Below, piece after piece: positions 34,330 through 37,709 of a stretch of 37,709 bases of DNA. The notes under the pieces were generated by a model that saw nothing but the letters and a program-made list of their open reading frames with translations, was not told the DNA's origin and ran no database searches. This DNA comes from Nemertoderma westbladi (taxonomy: Eukaryota; Animalia; Xenacoelomorpha). A program made the position numbers and the translations under genes. The stretch is taken from contig JAUCBJ010005080.1 in NCBI GenBank assembly GCA_032718475.1, positions 1-37,709 of the forward strand, given 5' to 3'. The first letter of the stretch is position 1. Each line of letters starts with the position of its first letter.

Positions 34330-34605
34330 AAAAGTAAAGTAAAGTAAATTTTCTTCGGCCGCTAGGCCATGGATTACGCACAAAGTCTGACGACTTATTT
34401 CCCGTGCGGCCCAGAACTTTACTCCCCAGAGGAAACTCCAGTACTCATTTAGCTACCACTTAAGGATGCAAGGCAGAGATGCGCCATGGTTGGTCCCTTT
34501 AAAGCATTCGTGCCGAAACGAAAACTGCCCTGGCCCGTGTGAGGATCGAACCCACGACCTACGGGAGATGTGAATTCAATGCATCCACTACACCAAGGTG
34601 GAACC
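34330..34605 (-). mobile_element. tRNA-derived SINE
   Basis: A-box-like TGGTGTAGTGG, B-box GGTTCGATCC, central core catccttaagtggtagctaaatgagtac and (TTTAC)n tail. A second core copy lies at 6885-6968. Confidence 0.8.
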
Positions 34606-34615
34606 TTATAAGTAT

Positions 34616-34780
34616 GTATATATAAATAAATAAATAATATATATAAAATATATATAAATATATAAATATATAAATATATAAATATATAAATATATAAATA
34701 TATAAATATATAAATATATAAATATATAAATATATAAATATATAAATATAAAATATAAAATAAATAATATATATATATAT
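34616..34780. repeat. AT-only microsatellite (TATATAAA)n
   Basis: Direct 8-bp periodicity. Confidence 0.95.
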
Positions 34781-34969
34781 CTAGGGTAACCATTTACCGA
34801 AGATTGGAAAATGCCTACCATGTTAAAATTACAAGCGAAATGTTGCTAAAAATCAATAAGTAATTTTTAAATATTTTGTGTAGTCAACACTCTTGCTACA
34901 CTATGCCTTTTCATGTCAAAAACAGGTTTTTCATTCATGTGTTTAAGTGCATTTACTACTATACATCAC

Positions 34970-35250
34970 GTCCTGGAACTGGAATATAGTGTCGTTATTC
35001 AGTAAACCTGCCCACCAGAATTTTTATTTTTGCTTTCATTCTTTAGCTACAAGCGTTTGAAAAAGGCGTCTCCGTCGGTATTGCACCAGTTACACCGCAG
35101 TTATTCTTCAACCTTATAGCGATTTGTTGATATTGACAGAAAGCTGACATGCAAGGACAAATATGTATCGCAATCTTAAATTCGTAGAAAATTAGCTGAG
35201 ATATTGGCATTCTAAAGTTGAATGGTTTTACACCTGCGCAGCGCATGGCT
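34970..35250 (+). repeat. Dispersed MITE-like repeat, family B
   Basis: Aligns with 16069-16440, with an internal deletion. Confidence 0.8.
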
Positions 35251-35589
35251 ATTTGATTCTATTTCGACGGAGCAGAACGCCCAAAGAACTTAGTGTCTGC
35301 ACATGTGATCAGTGTAACGGAACTGCACATTTTATTAGATTTACCATTAACTATATAAAGTAACTTATAAGCCTATAAGCCTAACTTATATTGATTATTA
35401 TTTTATTAATGATTATCATATTATTATATTATTTTGTAAGTTTGTTGATAACATTCTAAACATTCTAAACATTCTAAAAGTTTATGAATAATGAAGAAAA
35501 ACTACTTATTAAGTCACTGTATATAAAAAAAAATTTCCTCTCATTTGAAAAATATTAATTTATTATTTAATTTTGTGCTTTAGTCCGTT

Positions 35590-36320
35590 CATTATTGCTC
35601 GTTGTTATTCGTTGTTGCTCGTTGTTTCTCGTTGTTATTCGTTGTTGCTCGTTGTTTCTCGTTGTTATTCGTTGTTGCACATTGTTGCTAATTGTTGCTC
35701 CTTTTTATTCGTTGTTACACATTGTTGCTCGTTATTTCCCATTGTTGCTCGTTGTTGCGCATTGTTGCTCGTTGTTGCACATTGTTGCTCATTGTTGCTC
35801 GTTGTTATTCGTTGTTGCACATTGTTGCTCATTGTTGCTCGTTGTTATTCGTTGTTACAGATTGTTGCTCGTTATTTCTCGTAGTTGCTCAGCTCATTGT
35901 TGCTCATTGTTGTTGTTGCTCGTTGTTGCCCATTGTTGCAGATTATTGCTCGTTGTTGCTTATTATTGCTCATTGTTGCACATTGCTGCTTGTTGTTTCT
36001 CGTTGTTGCTCGTTGTTGTTCCTTGTTGCTCATTGTCCCTCGTTGTTTCCCATTGTTGCTCGTTGTTGCGCATTGTTGCTCGTTGTTTCTCGTTGTTGCT
36101 CATTGTTGCTTATTGTTGCTCGTTGTTGCTCGTTGTTGCCCATTGTTGCAGATTGTTGCTTGTTGTTGCTCGTTGTTGCACATTGTTGCTCGTTGTTTCT
36201 CGTTGTTGTTCATTGTTCCACGTTGTTCCTCGTTGTTGCTCATTGTTGCTCGTTGTTTCTCGTTGTTGCTCATCGTTGCTCATTGCTGCTCCTTGTTGCA
36301 CATTGTTGCTCGTTGTTTAT
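35590..36320. repeat. 10-bp minisatellite (GTTGTTGCTC/ATTGTTGCTC)
   Basis: Strict 10-bp periodicity with variants. It resumes at about 37580-37709. Confidence 0.95.
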
Positions 36321-37562
36321 ACTACTACTACTAGGATCGGCATGCTGCATTGCAGCTGCATTTTTAAGAATGCTGTGCCGGAATTGTCAACAAAATTGCA
36401 CCGCCACAACTCCCTATCACCCATGACATTTGCTAGATCATCCGCATCTTCAAGGCCAGTGTCCTTTAAGATGCGTCTCAAGAAAGTCATGGGCTGTCCA
36501 CCATGCTTATTCACTCCATGAGGCTGCCAAAGTACAAGATTATGCACTGGCTGGTCCTCACGGCGAAAGCAATGTCGTGCAAAGCGGAGGCGATTTTGTT
36601 CTAGTGTCAAGCTTGGGGGAACCAATGAGACACCTCCAATGTTATATAGTGTCTGGTTGGAGATGTGTGCATTGTACTTGACACAATGAACCCGGCGTAG
36701 CATTCTTGTGAATGTGCCATCCAGAGATTTGGTGTCCTCAGCAGTTAGAGCCCAGCATGGACTCCCGTAGAGGAGTACTAGAACTACTGCTGCTCTAAAT
36801 AATCGGACCTTAAGTTTCCGATTAATTCTCGGTGACTTTCAAATCCTGGAAAGCCTATTCAAGGTGCCCATGCCTTTCCCTTACGTATTCGAAGGTCCTC
36901 ACCTGACTTCCGGATCCATGATCCCACGTAACAGAAGTCGTCCACATGCTCAAGCATACCATCCTTTGAGCTTATGCTCATCCGATCAGAGACTTGCTGA
37001 GGACTTTCAAAGTAAACTGTCAAAATTGTGGTCTTTCTGGAGTTAATAAAAAGACCAACATTAAAAGCAGCATGTTCTAATGAGCTGAGGAGCCGTTGGG
37101 CTCCCTCTAATGATTTTGAGAGTACTCCTAAGTCATCAGCAAAGTCTAGATCAGTTAGGTACTTGGCAGGATTTCCTCGACTTCTGGAGCCAGTAGATGG
37201 AGTTATCATCACCCCATCATCATTATGATGATCTAAGGACATGCGTAGAACATAGTCAACCACAATAATGAACAAGAATGGTGCAAGTGTGTCTCCTTGG
37301 AGGACGCCCCATAACACTTCAAATGGTTCTGTGTCACCGTCAACAGTAGACACAAATGTTGTCGAACCATCGTATACTGATCTGATTGCTGCAATAATTT
37401 CATCAGGAATCCCATATAATGAAAGTATGCTGAACATACGTGAGCGAGAGACTGAATCAAAGGCCTTGAAGAAGTCAACAAAGATAACAGCCAGATGCCT
37501 GTCTTTCTTTTTTGATAATTCTTCAATTATCCTTCTTAGTGCCAAAATGGACTCCATGGTCC
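36321..37562 (-). mobile_element. 5'-truncated RTE-clade LINE (second family, disrupted RT)
   Basis: ILALRRIIEE, FVDFFKAFDSV, GVLQGDTLAP, LDFADD, FCYVGS, and later RLRFARHCFR. Stop/frameshift near 36859. (TAG)n tail at 36321-36334. Confidence 0.92.
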
Positions 37563-37579
37563 CACAAAAATAAAATATT

Positions 37580-37709
37580 TGTCATTGTTTCTAGTTGTTC
37601 CTCATTGTGGCTTATTGTTGCTCGTTGTTGTTCATTGTTGCTCGTTGTTGCTCGTTGATGCCCATTGTTGCAGATTGTTGCTTGTTGTTGCTCGTTGTTT
37701 CCCATTGTT
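37580..37709. repeat. Continuation of the 10-bp minisatellite
   Basis: Same GTTGTTGCTC units run to the end of the window. Confidence 0.9.

Noticed and set aside
34530-34605. tRNA gene
   Set aside because: A and B boxes are present, but there is no convincing cloverleaf and the sequence continues into a SINE body and tail.
34449-34821. Ile/Tyr-rich ORFs
   Set aside because: They are translations of the (TATATAAA)n microsatellite and the SINE.
35573-36521. Long Cys/Leu/Val-rich ORFs
   Set aside because: They are open in all three frames because the 10-bp repeat lacks stop codons, so they are translation artefacts.

Overview
AT-rich, repeat-rich invertebrate animal genomic DNA, not prokaryotic. 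The main result is absent from the ORF track. Five short minus-strand exons (15422-15359, 14473-14395, 11938-11757, 7455-7318, 1070-1003) have GT-AG boundaries and matching phases. They splice into a 176-aa protein made of a signal peptide plus an ADAM10/Kuzbanian-type prodomain. The protein stops 5 residues after the cysteine-switch Cys, an AATAAA follows, and no metalloprotease domain is seen in the window. An uninterrupted 1114-aa Gli/Ci zinc-finger ORF (3154-6498, + strand) lies antisense inside intron 4 of that gene. Also present: a CRAL-TRIO (MOSPD2-like) ORF; a 12.4-kb non-autonomous BEL/Pao LTR element with an open gag-protease ORF, deleted RT/integrase and a disrupted 3' zinc-knuckle accessory ORF; several RTE-clade LINE fragments; a tRNA-derived SINE; foldback/MITE elements; a 41 x 43-bp satellite; and minisatellites. 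All homology calls are by eye from remembered family motifs. No database search was run.
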